From Eledone cirrhosa (taxonomy: Eukaryota), in NCBI GenBank assembly GCA_964016885.1, contig OZ024740.1, forward strand, positions 136,338,001 through 136,402,000: a DNA stretch of 64,000 nucleotides, in the 5' to 3' direction. The notes below the pieces were generated by a model. The model had not been told where the DNA came from and did not search any database. It saw only the letters and a program-made list of their open reading frames with translations. The translations under genes and the position numbers were made by a program. Shown piece after piece: positions 1 to 13,550 of this stretch (the first letter of the stretch is position 1; each line of letters starts with the position of its first letter).

Positions 1-474
1 CGGGTTAAACTCTGGCCTGATGAGCCTCCGAGCTTCGAACAGACTGTAACAGCCTTGATCTAAGGCATCTTAGTCATGAAAATCTAGTGTTACCAGACAG
101 TTTATCTAGGGCTACATTATTCAATGCCCCACTTTTATTTTAGAAGGCAGGATATTATTTCAGTAAGATTTCTAACAAATAATGACAGGTTATTTTCATG
201 AGAATGCAGCTGAGCTTGTATCATTTGCCAGATGAGTGTTCCTGATTTGGAAACTTGCGTAGTATATTTTTTTATAGCAATTCATTCATGAACATCTTGA
301 GAAAACCTTTAAGGATATCTGCACCATCATTATTATACATATAAATGCAATTCCAAAGGCTTCCCAACGCTCATGACTCGTGCCACCTTATTTTTCATTA
401 CAAGTTTTCTTTTACCCGTACATGCTATTAGGTATGCTTGGAAGTATTTCTAAAAGGAGAAGAAAATAACATAC

Positions 475-569
475 TTTTCAATCAATCCAGAATGTATGTG
501 CATGTAATTGATGAAGTCTTTTTCTCGAATTTTTGCATCATTATCGGGATCAATATCTAGCATAAGTTT
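475..569 (-). CDS. EF-hand protein, internal exon (KLMLDIDPDNDAKIREKDFINYMHIHSGLIEK), second EF-hand loop
   Basis: Acceptor cattgtAG (571-570) and donor GTATGT (474). Phase 0 joins the upstream exon in frame. DxDxDxxIxxxDF is an EF-hand-like loop. The gene probably continues beyond the window start. Confidence 0.75.
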
Positions 570-609
570 CTACAATGAAAAATAATTATTTTTACATATA
601 CAAGTATAA

Positions 610-830
610 AAACTGGATGGCTATGGTCGATTTAATCCACCATAGTACTCAACTAGTACATTTTTCACCCCCGGAAGGATGAAAAACAAATTTGACCTCG
701 AAAAACTTCTTGCACAGGCACAAAGCCTCAAATTTGGGGGATGGGAACTTTCAATTATAGCGACCCCAGTACATGACTAGCACATTATTTTATCAACCCG
801 GTAAGGATGAAAAGTAAAGTTGATCTTTAA
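610..830 (-). mobile_element. degenerate tRNA-derived SINE copies (cephalopod-type family)
   Basis: Motifs gggtcgat..aatcgac and ttttatcgaccccgaaaggatgaaaggcaaagttgacctc recur at 10370-10555, 11905-11970, 14990-15070 and 18355-18680. Confidence 0.55.
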
Positions 831-1207
831 AAGAAACCCCCCCCCCCTCGTTGTTGGCCCCTGTTTGCAAACAAAGATAATACTTTGGAAATTAACTTTA
901 ATAAATTCCTAGCTTTTTTTTAAGCTATCTTCCTTTATTTTTCTAACAATCGTCGCTAGGTTTTTGTATTATTTTTCCAATTAAAGGGAAAAGTTTTAAT
1001 TGTTTGCATGTCATTCAATACACCAGCCTTTAACTTGAATAGGCATTCAATATCTGTTATAGCTGTCTACATACGAATTTACTCCTGCTGTAGTTGCTAT
1101 CGAGTCCAATTTAATCCTCCCATTCATACAGTAAGGTGGAGAGGGACCAATACCATTAACCTTACTGTGTAAGGAACAATAGGAAAATATAAAAGATATT
1201 TTGTTAC

Positions 1208-1348
1208 CTCTAGAAGCAATCTGTTAGAACAACCAAGATATACCATAAGGTTTGAAAACTCAGTGGTCGATAAGTAACCACGATTGTTACTGTCCATAGA
1301 TCGAAATTCTGCCTGAAGATAAATATCAACTGGTGGAGGTTGAGCCAT
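1208..1348 (-). CDS. EF-hand calcium-binding protein (calmodulin-like family), exon with probable start Met
   Basis: MAQPPPVDIYLQAEFRSMDSNNRGYLSTTEFSNLMVYLG contains the canonical F-x2-MD-x-N-x2-G-x-L-x3-EF loop. Donor GAG|GTAACA at 1207; acceptor ctttcAG at 1411-1410 (exon 1208-1409). Confidence 0.75.
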
Positions 1349-1774
1349 CTTTTTTGCTGCTGCTGCACAAACAAGGTGAGGTTTAGTCACAGGTGCCCTC
1401 CTTAACAACCTGAAAGTAGGAAAATTGTAAAGTATACGTTAAGATAGTGAGAATATTCAATTACGTCTAAAACTTCAATGATGCTGTTGGCCGATAAAAA
1501 TTATCAAATTTCACAAATTGTGTAGATTTGTGTATCCCCCAAAAAAGTGGATTCTAACGTTTCGGGCAAAAACTTTTGTTCGGAAGAAAAATTAAAAGTG
1601 CATTGGCTGGTTCGCAACAAAAATAAGCGAAGAAGAGAGAAAGTGATAACCAAGCAACGAGGATGGTAGTAAGTCATAAAACAGTGAGAGAAAATGTGGC
1701 AGGGGAGAATGAGAAGTTTAAACATTGTATTGAATTATTTAGGGGGAAATAAAAAAAATTGTATTGAAAATATG

Positions 1775-1960
1775 TTCCACCTTCCATTTCTTTAAGTCTA
1801 CTTAGCAGAACTTTTAGCAGTACTTTACTGGGATGGCTAATTAGATTGGTGGTTCTACAATTCTGACAGAGTCTTATGTTGCCTTTCTTGGGAATGGGTA
1901 TTATTAGTGATTAAACCTATTCCTTTAGTCACTGCATCATTTCTAATAACTTCTGGCGGG
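1775..1960 (-). mobile_element. RTE-clade LINE RT fragment
   Basis: Minus-strand translation PIPKKGNIRLCQNCRTTNLISHPSKVLL resembles the IPKKG..NYRTISLISH motif of RTE RTs. Confidence 0.6.
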
Positions 1961-3546
1961 TAACACGAACACATTCATAAACACAATTGAAACATGTAAA
2001 AGAAAATATTTGATTGTCAATAGGAGACAGTGGCAACTTGTAAGTTATGTCGATTACAAGGACTCCAGCATATTGCTAATACTATTTTATCGATACTGGT
2101 AAACAAAAATAAATCAATACAGAGAATATAGAGGGTTTAAATTAAAGCATTTGAGGCATTTACTTCAAACCTAATTGTTTCGACTGCAGAAGCCCATGCA
2201 TTTTGTGGGAAGGGTATAGTTGATTAAATGAACGCCACTACCTGATTAGTACGCCTCTCATCGACCAAGGCCTACATTCTTTTTTTTCTATCGCCTGCAG
2301 TTAAATCTCTTCAATTGCATTATAATCTTAAAATGAAGGACAGTCAGGATTATATAGTTCTGCAGAGAGGTGGGGTGATGGGGAAGATGGAGACCTGAAA
2401 AGGGGCGAGAAAGAAAAGAATGGTGAAAACGGTGGGTGCTGGGAAAGTGGGGTTGTGGAGGAATAAATATGTTAGAACTGCAACAGGTGGTGCTTGATCG
2501 AAGTAAAAGTATATAAACCTTGACGCTCGATAAACTATATTGTTTTTAATATCCTTTGTAGTATTTGTTCCAGCTCTTTGTAGTCTGAGTTCAAATCCCA
2601 CCTCAGCCTACCAGTCACCACGGAAAGACTGAAGCCCCACCATGTACACACCCGTAGTTAAATATGGATAGCATTTGTGCGATCCATGGTATTCAACCTA
2701 CTGAGAGCAGATGATATAATTCAGAGTAGAGACCAATTCAATTGACTACGAACATTAGCGGCCGTTTGTCAAAGTTTAAATAATTATTTTTATTTGCATT
2801 ATCGACCGGGAATGGATGGAAAGGCTAAAACTGTCAGAAAATATAGAACGCAGAGGGGCGAAAGTAAATACTGTAAGACATACTGTCGGGCGACCTGTGT
2901 TTTATTTCAATCCGCTACCTTACTTGTCTAAAGTCTTGTATTTAAGTAGGTAAACAAGTGTGTGAGAGCGGTTTGTAACTGAAGTAATTGGTTAAGAGCA
3001 ATGCGGCGTCGAATAGTGTATATAATTTACTTAAGTGTGACAGATTGGCGTTGAACACAAGCGGAAATATTGCAGCATAAAGAGCCCCCCCACCCCAAAA
3101 AAAACATGGTCCGATAGTTTAAAAACTTATGAATAATCGATGTAAATTGTGAGACAGCCGACATGTACATTTAATGCACATTTAATATACATGACTATTT
3201 TAAAATACATGGCAATGACCTTCGTAATATTGATAACGAATGACGCAGGTAATTGAATTCCATTTTCACCCCATCCCTTCTAAAAATAGAGTCTTGTGCA
3301 CATGTTAATAGACGTGTGTGCGTGTGCATATATATATTACTAAAGGTTTGCTTGCCTGCAATATAATACAGGCCAAAAGGGCACAATGGGAAAATACTTT
3401 GAAAGGAAGTTGCCCCTAAAATGGGAATACAAATGCAATAAAACAAGTTTCGCGTAAATCGAAGCACGCGTTCCAGGTATGGGGTTTTCTGGGTACCTTC
3501 ATAAACAGAGAGAGAGTAGACTGAAAGCGAGACAGAAGGTAGGTAG

Positions 3547-5180
3547 GTGTGTGTGTTGGTGTGTGTTGGTGTGTGTTGGTGTGTGTTGGTGTGTGTTGGT
3601 GTGTGTTGGTGTGTGTTGGTGTGTGTTGGTGTGTGTTGGTGTGTGTTGGTGTGTGTTGGTGTGTGTTGGTGTGTGTTGGTGTGTGTTGGTGTGTGTTGGT
3701 GTGTGTTGGTGTGTGTTGGTGTGTGTTGGTGTGTGTTGGTGTGTGTTGGTGTGTGTTGGTGTGTGTTGGTGTGTGTTGGTGTGTGTTGGTGTGTGTTGGT
3801 GTGTGTTGGTGTGTGTTGGTGTGTGTTGGTGTGTGTTGGTGTGTGTTGGTGTGTGTTGGTGTGTGTTGGTGTGTTGGTGTGTTGGTGTGTTGGTGTGTTG
3901 GTGTGTTGGTGTTGGTGTTGGTGTGTTGGTGTTGGTGTGTTGGTGTTGGTGTGTTGGTGTTGGTGTGTTGGTGTTGGTGTGTTGGTGTTGGTGTGTTGGT
4001 GTTGGTGTGTTGGTGTTGGTGTGTTGGTGTTGGTGTGTTGGTGTTGGTGTGTTGGTGTTGGTGTGTTGGTGTTGGTGTGTTGGTGTTGGTGTGTTGGTGT
4101 TGGTGTGTTGGTGTGTTGGTGTTGGTGTGTTGGTGTTGGTGTGTTGGTGTTGGTGTGTTGGTGTTGGTGTGTTGGTGTGTTGGTGTGTTGGTGTTGGTGT
4201 TGGTGTGTTGGTGTGTTGGTGTGTTGGTGTTGGTGTGTTGTTGGTGTTGGTGTTGGTGTGTTGGTGTGTTGGTGTTGGTGTGTTGGTGTGTTGGTGTTGG
4301 TGTGTTGGTGTGTGTGTTGGTGTGTTGGTGTGTGTGTTGGTGTGTTGGTGTGTGTGTTGGGTGTTGGTGTGTGTGTTGGGTGTTGGGGTGTGTGTTGGGT
4401 GTTGGGGTGTGTGTTGGGTGTTGGGGTGTGTGTTGGGTGTTGGGGTGTGTGTTGGGTGTTGGGGTGTGTGTTGGGTGTTGGGGTGTGTGTTGGGGTGTTG
4501 GGGTGTGTGTTGGGGTGTTGGGGTGTGTGTTGGGGTGTTGGGGTGTGTATTGGGGTGTTGGGGTGTGTATTGGGGTGTTGGGGTGTGTATTGGGGTGTTG
4601 GGGTGTGTGTTGGGGTGTTGGGGTGTGTGTTGGGGTGTTGGGGTGTGTGTTGGGGTGTTGGGGTGTGTGTTGGGGGTGTTGGGGTGTGTGTTGGGGTGTT
4701 GGGCTGTGTGTTGGGATGTTGGGCTGTGTGTTGGGGTGTTGGGGTGTGTGTTGGGGTGTTGGGCTGTGTGTTGGGGTGTTGGGGTGTGTGTTGGGGTGTT
4801 GGGGTGTGTGTTGGGGTGTTGGGGTGTGTGTTGGGGTGTTGGGGTGTTGGGCTGTGTGTTGGGGTGTTGGGGTGTTGGGCTGTGTGTTGGGGTGTTGGGC
4901 TGTGTGTTGGGGGGCTGTGTGTTGGGGTGTTGGGGTGTTGGGGTGTGTGTTGGGGTGGTGGGGTGTGTGTTGGGGTGGTGGGGTGTGTGTTGGGGTGTTG
5001 GGGTGTGTGTTGGGGTGTTGGGGTGTGTGTTGGGGTGTTGGGGTGTGTGTTGGGGTGTTGGGGTGTGTGTTGGGGTGTTGGGGTGTGTGTTGGGGTGAGT
5101 GTTGGGGTGTTGGGGTGTGTGTTGAGGTGTGTGTTGGGGGTGTGTGTTGGGGGTGTGTGTTGGGGTGTGTGTTGGGGGGG
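3547..5180 (+). repeat. GT-rich tandem repeat with graded unit change (10-mer GTGTGTTGGT, then 8/14-mers, then 19/20-mer GTGTGTGTTGGGGTGTTGGG)
   Basis: Directly visible. It accounts for the six long low-complexity ORFs at 3195-5376. Confidence 0.95.
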
Positions 5181-5277
5181 TCTCTGTGTGTGTGTGTGGG
5201 GGGGGGGGGGGGGCACACAGTATATGTGTAAGTCTATGACCAGTGTATATATATATATCACAGACACCCACATACAG

Positions 5278-5313
<36 letters not shown>

Positions 5314-5865
5314 GGCCTTCCAGTTTCATTTCACATAAATGAATATTTTAATTATTTAAAAATTATTTTTAAGTGAACATGATTTTTTTTTGATTTTTTA
5401 TTTTGAAGCGAACGTGACCCAGCGGGTCACGGGTGGTCTTATATTTATATATAACCTTACACCGTCAGACTTATTCTATCCTCATCTGGTCTAACAACCG
5501 TCTAGCTCATGAGTACCATTTGCAGAATCTACTCTATTGAAAGTATTCGTGCCAGATCTCCGGTTTAAGGATAAGACATTTACCAGCGCTGTTCTCCCTC
5601 CACTGAATAAGCCATTAAAAACCATAATGATTGACTATTTTAATCTCGCTTCCTCTCCACTCGTAAAAGTATAAAGCACTAGTAACTAGGCTTGTATTAT
5701 TAGAAATAAAGATTTTGATACTTCATATAGCATAAAGAAGGAAACTAAATTATAATAGAGCGTGTTTAATAAATGGAAAATATTGCTTTGCCAAGACAAT
5801 ATTTAAATCTTCAGCCTTGAATACTGTAGGAAAAATGTTATATAGATGAATAAAGTACAAGTTTG

Positions 5866-5896
<31 letters not shown>

Positions 5897-6494
5897 TTCT
5901 CTTTTCTTCCAGTGCTCCCTACATATCTCTTAATTCACCATATATGCATAGCAACACTTGAATGCGCACACTACACAACACAAACATTAAAAAGGTTGTC
6001 CATGCTTGGTTTATATGTTCACCTTGTGTAGACTGTCTCTACTCAGTATACTCAAGATGATTGTAAAGAAGTCCAAAAACTGATTTTTAAAAACAATCAC
6101 CTTCATTGTTGATTAAAATGGCTGTAAAACATTAACCACTGTCATAAACTGATCTGGGTAAGCCGATGAAAGAGTTGATGAAATGGCAACCAAATCTCCC
6201 TCAAATCTAAAATGTTCCCTTACCATCTAGCTTCCAATGCCGTTAGAGACGATTATATTTTCCTCCCCAGGTCTACCAAAATATCAATAATATGGAAGTG
6301 TGATCGATTTAATCAGTTATATCTTTTTTTGCACAACCCTTGTTTTGCTCCAGATTGAACAGTTGTATAACCAAAAGCATTCCGTCATGGCTATATCGTC
6401 CTTGTAAATAAAGGTCTACGTTGCCCATCCTTTGAGACGGTACTTGTGATTTCAGAGAGATTCGGATGCAATATTTAGCAGATCGAGTAACCAC

Positions 6495-6805
6495 GTAGAA
6501 CAGCGGACCACTAAATTCATAATTTTAAATCACCAGACCACTAATATGAATTTTTTGTAAAAGATAAATATATTTGTAAAATAATTATCAGAGAACTTCC
6601 ATTTTATTAAACAATACTGTAGCGTGCGTATGTCACGTTGTTGATAGATGATACATATGTGTTATAAAATAGATTTTAACCGAATATTTGTTTTATTATT
6701 AATAAAACATAAAAATTGCAAATAATGTCCAAATTTTTCTGCAGACCACCAAAATTTTCTCACTAACAAGTGGTCCGCGGACCTCTGGTTGGCGACCGCT
6801 GAGGT
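6495..6805. mobile_element. hAT/Charlie-like non-autonomous DNA transposon remnant
   Basis: The right end ggttggcgaccgctg (reverse complement CAGCGGTCGCCAACC) resembles Charlie termini. Internal gcggacca / tggtccgc inverted motifs are present. Confidence 0.4.
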
Positions 6806-9019
6806 AGAAGCTCCGTCGTTGATAATGTTATATGAGTATACGCAAATATAGAATTGCATATATATATATATATATGCGCGCGTGAGCGAGCGAGAGAGGA
6901 AGAGATAGATGTTTCATGAATAAAACTAAAATATGTAGATCTTTTTGTCTACTTCATTGTCTGAATCTACCAGATTCAAATACATTTTGTTTTGTTTGTT
7001 TTGTTTTTTTTTATTGGATTTCAATCTTTTTTAACTTGCTATAATTTTGCTGTCGTATCCGAGAAAGAATTTTGAACTGACTGTTCGTTGCCTTTGCCAG
7101 ATAACAAGACCTAATTTGTTCAGTAAAGACAAATAGAAGTGTTAAACTATGACATCACATATGACCTCTGATGCATTAGAGAGATAGTGGGTATTAAGAA
7201 TATGTGACAGGCATGCTATTTCTACCGAAGGACATAACGTACATACAAATAAAATGGCTAAGTAGGGAAATAAAAAAAATAGTTAGCAAGTATTTTCTTT
7301 TGATTAGCTCAGAGTTCTGATCGGGTTTACTTATGAGCAATGATGTTTCAATCGTGACTATCCATCTGTTTCGCAGGCAGTGCGTCTAGAACTACACCAT
7401 GCGTCTCATTTTAACCGTAAAGTGAGATTTGACGTCTATTTGGCGGCTAAATGTAGCATATCGAGCCACCGTATAAAGCAGCAGTCGGCAACAGGCTGAT
7501 CGCAACCCACAATTGGGCCATAAAACTTAATTCTGGGCCGTAAAACTTAATTTTTATATGCAAAAGTACCAGTCTGACACTGGGGTCGATTCTTCCCGTT
7601 TATCTTTCACTTTCTATTCTTTGGAAGTAATCTGCTGTGCTCAGGCCTGGAGAGCGATGGGGTCCGTCAGGCTTAAAATGCCCCCAAAACGCCGTATGTC
7701 AATCGGCTCCCTACGACTCCTGCGGGAGTTACTGGGATCATACCATATGAAAAATGCATGTGTGCTATAACAAAGTTATTAAAAAAAAGTTGGGCCGGGC
7801 CATTACAAAAAGAAGTTGCTGATCCATGGTGTAGAAGTTCCCTCAAAATAACTACACAGATAAGAAAAATACCAAAGGAGGAAAATGTCTAAAAAGAATA
7901 AAAAAAATAGGTAAAATCTCGTGTAAAATATAAAAAAAAAAAAATGGTGTTTAATTGAGGTGGTGCTTGAAACAAAGGTAATGAAAATCGAGAATACTTT
8001 ACCGAAAAAAATCTTGTCAAGTCAATCGGTGGACTGAAATAAAACCTAATCAACTAATGAAGATCTTTATAGGTGAGATATGATGGGGGGGAGGGGGGGG
8101 GGGGGGGGGGGGAAGAAGGATACAATAGTCCCTCCCCCACTAAGGAGGTGTGGTTAGATTAAATATCATTTGTCCGCCTCCCTTTCTACTGTTGTTCGAT
8201 TGCTGATATAGAACGGGACATAGCAAAGGAGGGAGATGCGACTGAATAGAATTCAAGCGAGAGAGTGTGAGCGCGCATCCACCCACACCAGTTTTACAGT
8301 CCCCCATTACGTGTACCACTGAGCTGTTCAATAATTTGGTACCTATTTACACCTAGACTAATGACAATAGACGAAGAATATAAGCCACCAGATTCTCGGC
8401 AATTGTGTTACTACCCTATCTAATGGGCCATAAAGTGTGTGTGCTAATTCAAATTCACGATTGAACACAAATCATGTATGCCATATCATTTAGATTTCTG
8501 TTGGAACTGGTGCTACCACTACTAAAAAAAAAAACACAAAAAAGATGTACACAGCTGTTCAGTCCATCAGCAAATACATTAGGTTCTGTAAACTGGAACA
8601 TTAGAATTGTGCGAACGAGAAATTAATGGAAAATATGTGCTGATATTGCAGCTGTTCTTGTATATTATCTAGTTGGACATAAATATGCTTTTAAATAATC
8701 ACCACCACCACCGCTACTACTACAATCACTCTAACCCACAAAACTGCAGCTGCCATAGATATTTCTAATGGAAGAGAGTAAATAGAAAAGGTTCATTATC
8801 ACGTGATTCTACAGAATTGTTTGGACCCCATTGTTCACATAATCTAGGCAATATTGTTGACTGGAATGAAACGGAATTAAAGATGTGCAGAAGACATCCT
8901 GAACTAAGACAGGTACGGAACAATTGGCTATCCTGCCAAAACAAGGATATATAGGATATAACCAGAGAAATTCACGAATCCCACTCCTTCCCCTCCCCTC
9001 AAGCCTAGAGGTTTATTGA

Positions 9020-9205
9020 CCGGAGTTTATACCGGTTTCATTGGCGTTAAGCACCCGAGAGCCCCAGACGCAAGTCCATTGTAGAGTTAACTCTCAGCTA
9101 CTGGTATTCATTTTCAGGTAAATTGACTGGAGCAGCTTGAAACCAAGTGTTTTGCTCAAGATCACAATGCACCACCCGGTCGAGAAATCGAACCCACTCC
9201 TTGAC
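9020..9205 (-). mobile_element. tRNA-derived SINE remnant
   Basis: Reverse strand has the B-box GGTTCGATTTC followed by gtgatcttgagcaaaacactt, a typical SINE central region. Confidence 0.5.
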
Positions 9206-10369
9206 AGGAAAAGCCTGCAACAAAGGTAGTGGGGTTAAGAAACCAATAAACATGGGCCTTCGGAGATACAGCTGGGCGAAGGAAGCTATTATGAAATATT
9301 GTAAAGTATGCAGCCAGTTGGATTATGATTCCTCTTATGATGAATACACGATATGATTCTATTCATAGAAAATCTCATCGGTGTGGGAGCTACGGGCAGT
9401 AGCTCTAGTCGGCATAACTTATCCCTGAACATCCTCAGTACACTAAGATAACAATGCAGATTACCAATGCAGGGAGAAGCGACACCGAGGTGTGTACTCC
9501 TAAGAAAAAATTAAAACCCAACCTTCTGAATGGTGCTAATCACTAGTTTCTGCAGGTGGATTCAGAGAAGGCACTTATGTTCTCAAGCCGTATTCCAATA
9601 ACTAAGCCACGCCTCTAACTTATGGAGTGGTCCAACTTGACAACTTCATTACTAAGTTGATTTTGCCTTGGGAAAGCAATGTGGAGTAGGCACATGAATT
9701 GGGGAAGGATGTCAGTGTACAGTACTTATAAACGGAAGTAGTGTATCTTTCAGAAATATTTCTCTTCGTACCTTTAAGCCTTTTAACCTCAAAGAAACCC
9801 TTATTTCCTGCTTAGTTGCGAGTTTCCATTTCACTTAAGCTATTACTATTTTGATATTTTTGTTGGTCAAAATACTTGTCTAACCCACTTCACTTGTCTC
9901 ACATACACATCTCCGGACAGTTTTCTGCTGGCGTGTGTGTTTTTCGTAACAAATGTATGAAAAGGGAAAACTGCATTTTTTACATGCAACTGATACGAAC
10001 TCGCGCCGACATAGCCTGTAATGATGACCCTCCAGCTTAAGCAAAGATAATATATGAACCAGTAATAAGCAGAGGCATGACTGAACCAGCTCTTTGAAGA
10101 GGTTCGAATCAGTACCGATTTTTCTATGAAACATTTGACTCTCAGATACATATTAGCTTGTAAATATAAGGCAAAACTTTTTTCGTGGCGGAAATAGGAC
10201 ATGAACTTGCAACGACAGTTGCTTTTGCGGTTTTTTAATACGGGAAGATAGGATACTTACATTTTGTCGCGTGCGTGCGTTTTATTTTCTACTGTATTGT
10301 TCATAAAGCTAAAGATAACATTTTGATGATGGCTGTAATTTGAACTACCATCGACGCAATTCGATTTCT

Positions 10370-10557
10370 GGTGGTGGATTGGCAGAGGTATTAGAGCGTC
10401 GGACAATGCTTAGTATTTTTGCGTTCTAAGTTCAAATCCAGCCGAGGTCAACTTTCCTAGTTTTAAACCTCGGAAAGATAAAGTCAGTCAAGTACTGGGG
10501 TCGATACAATCGACTTTGCCTTCCCCTAAATTATTGGCCGTATCAAAATTAGAAACC
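10370..10557 (+). mobile_element. tRNA-derived SINE (cephalopod-type)
   Basis: A-box-like ttggcagagg, B-box agttcaaatcc, and a body shared with the other copies in the window. Confidence 0.6.
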
Positions 10558-11004
10558 ACACGCACACGTACAATATGCTAAGATCCAAAAAAACTAGAAA
10601 CCATTGTAGATGAAATGAAAGGATCCAGTAGAAACATTGTATTGAGAAAAATAATGGAAAAAGTTTTAAAGAGCTCAAACATCAAAGAAAGAGAGAATAT
10701 TAAACATTTAGCAGAACAACTTTATAATTCTGTTTCTAAATTAATCTAATTTAGTACACAAGGTTTAACACCACTTGGTCTATAGGCGAGTTTAGCGGAC
10801 TGCACTGTTGAAAGCATTCCAACTAAATACACGGCTCCCACACTGCTCCTGTTTTTCCTACAGATAATGATCTATAAATGATCTAGCGGAGTATCAGTCG
10901 CATCAATCTCAGCAGTCGGAGTGAGATGACTTCTGCAAAAGAGCATGGGAACTGCTCTTCCCTCCCGACTTATGAAAATAAAATTAACCGAAGTTAGGTT
11001 ATTA

Positions 11005-12610
11005 ATGGTTAACATGCCTTTTCTTCGCCCACTTATTCCTAAGAGGGTCGTGAGGGGAGAGTCCTCAAACATTCCTTCCAGCAGGTCCTGTCTGAAGCAA
11101 CTGTCTCCAACTGATCTGGTTGAATCCCCAAACGAGACCAGCCAAGCTCATGGATTAAACCAACCATCTTGCTCGAGGTCTAACCCTGGGTCTCTTGCCA
11201 GTTCATTTTGCCCGTAAAATCTGTCCAGCGATTCCTTCCCGGGACATTCTAACCACATGCCCATAGTACCGGAGCTTTGACCATTCAATTCGGAGACGTA
11301 GCGGCTCTACCTGGAGTTATTCTGATCCCCGAGCTATTCACTATCGAGTAACATTACTTCAAAGCCCCTTCGGAGAAACCCCATTTCGGCTGCTTGTATT
11401 CGCGATCATATTCTTTCAGTCATTACCAATATTCATGACCATAGGTAAGAGTTGGCACGAACACCGAATTAAAGATAGCGAGTTTGGCTTTTACGCTTAC
11501 ATCCCTTCTTGGCTTTTACACCTCCTTCTGATTATTGAATCTGGCATTAGTGCACCAGTTCCTGTAATTCTTGCACTTAATTCAACCTCCTGCCTTCCAT
11601 CACTATTGAACACGACCCCGAGATACTTGAACTTCACCTGCTTCAGGGGAACTCCATTCACATGTAGAGTGCTCTGTGCAGGCTTCATTGAAAGAACGAT
11701 TATCTCAGTTTTCGCAGAACTGATTTTCATTCCAGCCATGCGGCACTCGGCATCAAGCCTATCAAGTGCAAGTCACAGATCATCTTCTGTCGAATTAAGT
11801 AACACGATGTCGTTTGAAAATTCCAGCCGACTGATTCTACACCTACCAGTCGTGATACCACTTCCAACCCGGCTGCATATGTCAATCCTATTCATGTAAA
11901 TAATTGTTTCTACTTTTGGCACAAGGCCAGCAATTATCCAGTGTATTACTGGTACTTTATTTTATCGACCCTTATTCATGAAAATAATGAACAGGGGATG
12001 TGACAGTAAGCACCCTTGGAGTCCGACTCCCACATTTAATGATTTTGATTTAGCACCATTTATCAGAACACAAATATTCAAGCATTCGTAAAGAGACACC
12101 AGGACAACAAGAAGTTGACCATCGATCACACACTCCTGCAGAACCTTCCACAGGAGATCCCTCTATAATTGGACCAATCAATCTTGTCTCTTTTTGGAAA
12201 TTGATGTTATCACTCCCAACTGCCATTGCTTTTCCACCTGACACACACAAGTCAGCCAGAGAATACCTTCTTTATTTAAAGCTTTCAACATCTCGGGCCA
12301 AATGTCCTCCTTCCCAGCGACCTTGCCACATTAAAACTCTTTAATTGCTCTTGTGACCTCAGCCTCCGAGAGATTAGTCATTACTCCCAGATGCAGCTCG
12401 TGTACATCAGAAGATGCTGTTGTGATCGGGTTTAGGAGATCAGCAAAGTATGTTCTCCACTTCGCAAAGATTCACCTCTCTGAAGAGAGGAGAACCACAG
12501 ATACATTCTTGATAGTTGATGTGGAGGAGGACATCTTATTACGAAGTCGGTGGATGGTCTGCCAGAACACTATTTGCTGATCTGAAGTCAGATTCCAGTT
12601 TAACCCTAAA
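11005..12610 (-). mobile_element. 5'-truncated, decayed RTE-clade LINE (RT and C-terminal region) with an internal deletion and a nested SINE fragment
   Basis: Translated pieces SNYRGIS, VGVGLQGCLLS, MKISSAKTE and FKYLGVVFNSDGRQEVELSARI are typical of RTE ORFs. Multiple stops and frameshifts. Confidence 0.75.
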
Positions 12611-12619
12611 GTTCTCAGC

Positions 12620-12845
12620 TTGTAAGCTCGTGGGTTCGACACCCGAACCAAAAGTTACGTTTTGTCCTTGAGCAAGATACCTCTGTTTCTCCAGTTTACT
12701 CAACTGGAGAAAACCATTACCAGTCGTAGTATCTGGAAGTTAACCTTGCGACGGACTGGCGTCCCGTTCAAGAGACGTTTGTGCTCGGTCGGTTAACACC
12801 ACGTGAAATAGAGATAAGATCCGGCCTATTAAGGCTCGTCGCTAA
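12620..12845 (+). mobile_element. tRNA-derived SINE with V-domain-like core
   Basis: B-box GGTTCGACACC, tgtccttgagcaagatac, and aaccttgcgacggactggcgtcccgttc. Confidence 0.55.
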
Positions 12846-13234
12846 GTGTAGATCACTGAATAACACTGCCCTCTAATGTTCAATGGTGACCCTCAGATTT
12901 AGAAAGTTCATAAAAAAAGGTTCTGCCTATCCAGAATATTCTGAAGCTCCAAACCCGACCGATGACTAGAGAGGTCTAGGCCTGATGAGGCTCTAGGCTC
13001 GAGATCTGAACTTTAGTAAAATAATGTTGAAAGTAAATGGATGAGATTATAGATATAGTATGACAAAACAGTTCAACCCTCTGATACTTCACTGCCTTCA
13101 CACAAGTAACAAGTCAAGACTGAGTAGAGCAAACTATATTTTGAAACCGATACTGAAAGTCTGATTTTAACCCGAACAAAAAGAATCTTGAAGTAGATTG
13201 AGAAAATTGCTTCAGTCCGTCGATAAATATATTA

Positions 13235-13550
13235 CATATGAAATGGACCTCTGTTGGTTTCGATGATGAGTGTTGTAATTGTTCAATCAGCGGAACTGTC
13301 TGCTACTCATGAAATTCACGTTTAAGTGGCTGAGAATTCCACAGGCACGTGTACCCTTATTGTAATTCGTATAGAGAGTCAACGTGGTGCAGTGTGCGGC
13401 AAAGCTGGCCCTTTGTATTACAGGTGCAGTACATCCGACGAATTCCAAACAGTTTCCGTCCACACAGTTTCACTCAAAGTATCGGTCAACTCGAGGCTAT
13501 GGTAACTGGCACTTACCCAAGATGCTGCACAGTGGGATCGAAATAGAGAC
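13235..13550 (-). mobile_element. SINE-like interspersed repeat
   Basis: cttacccaagatgctgcacagtgggatcgaa is the reverse complement of a SINE head and core. Confidence 0.45.

Noticed and set aside
11-45. CTGATGAG hammerhead-like starts (also 12976-13010)
   Set aside because: The GAAA core is broken (GAAC, GAGA) and helices I and III are not convincing.
450-474. GT..AG immediately after the EF-hand exon
   Set aside because: Only ~25 nt, too short for an intron, and the downstream frame does not resemble an EF-hand.
4490-5170. TTGGGG resembling a ciliate telomere repeat
   Set aside because: It is embedded in 20-mers derived from the neighbouring GT repeat, is interstitial, and lies in an animal genome context.
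3195-5376. Six ORFs of 539-703 aa (His/Thr/Pro-rich or Val/Cys/Gly-rich)
   Set aside because: They are translations of a GT-only tandem repeat that cannot contain stop codons; there is no coding evidence.
5413-5442. Hairpin cgtgacccagcgggtcacg as a Helitron 3' end
   Set aside because: No CTRR terminus follows and no 5' TC end could be identified.
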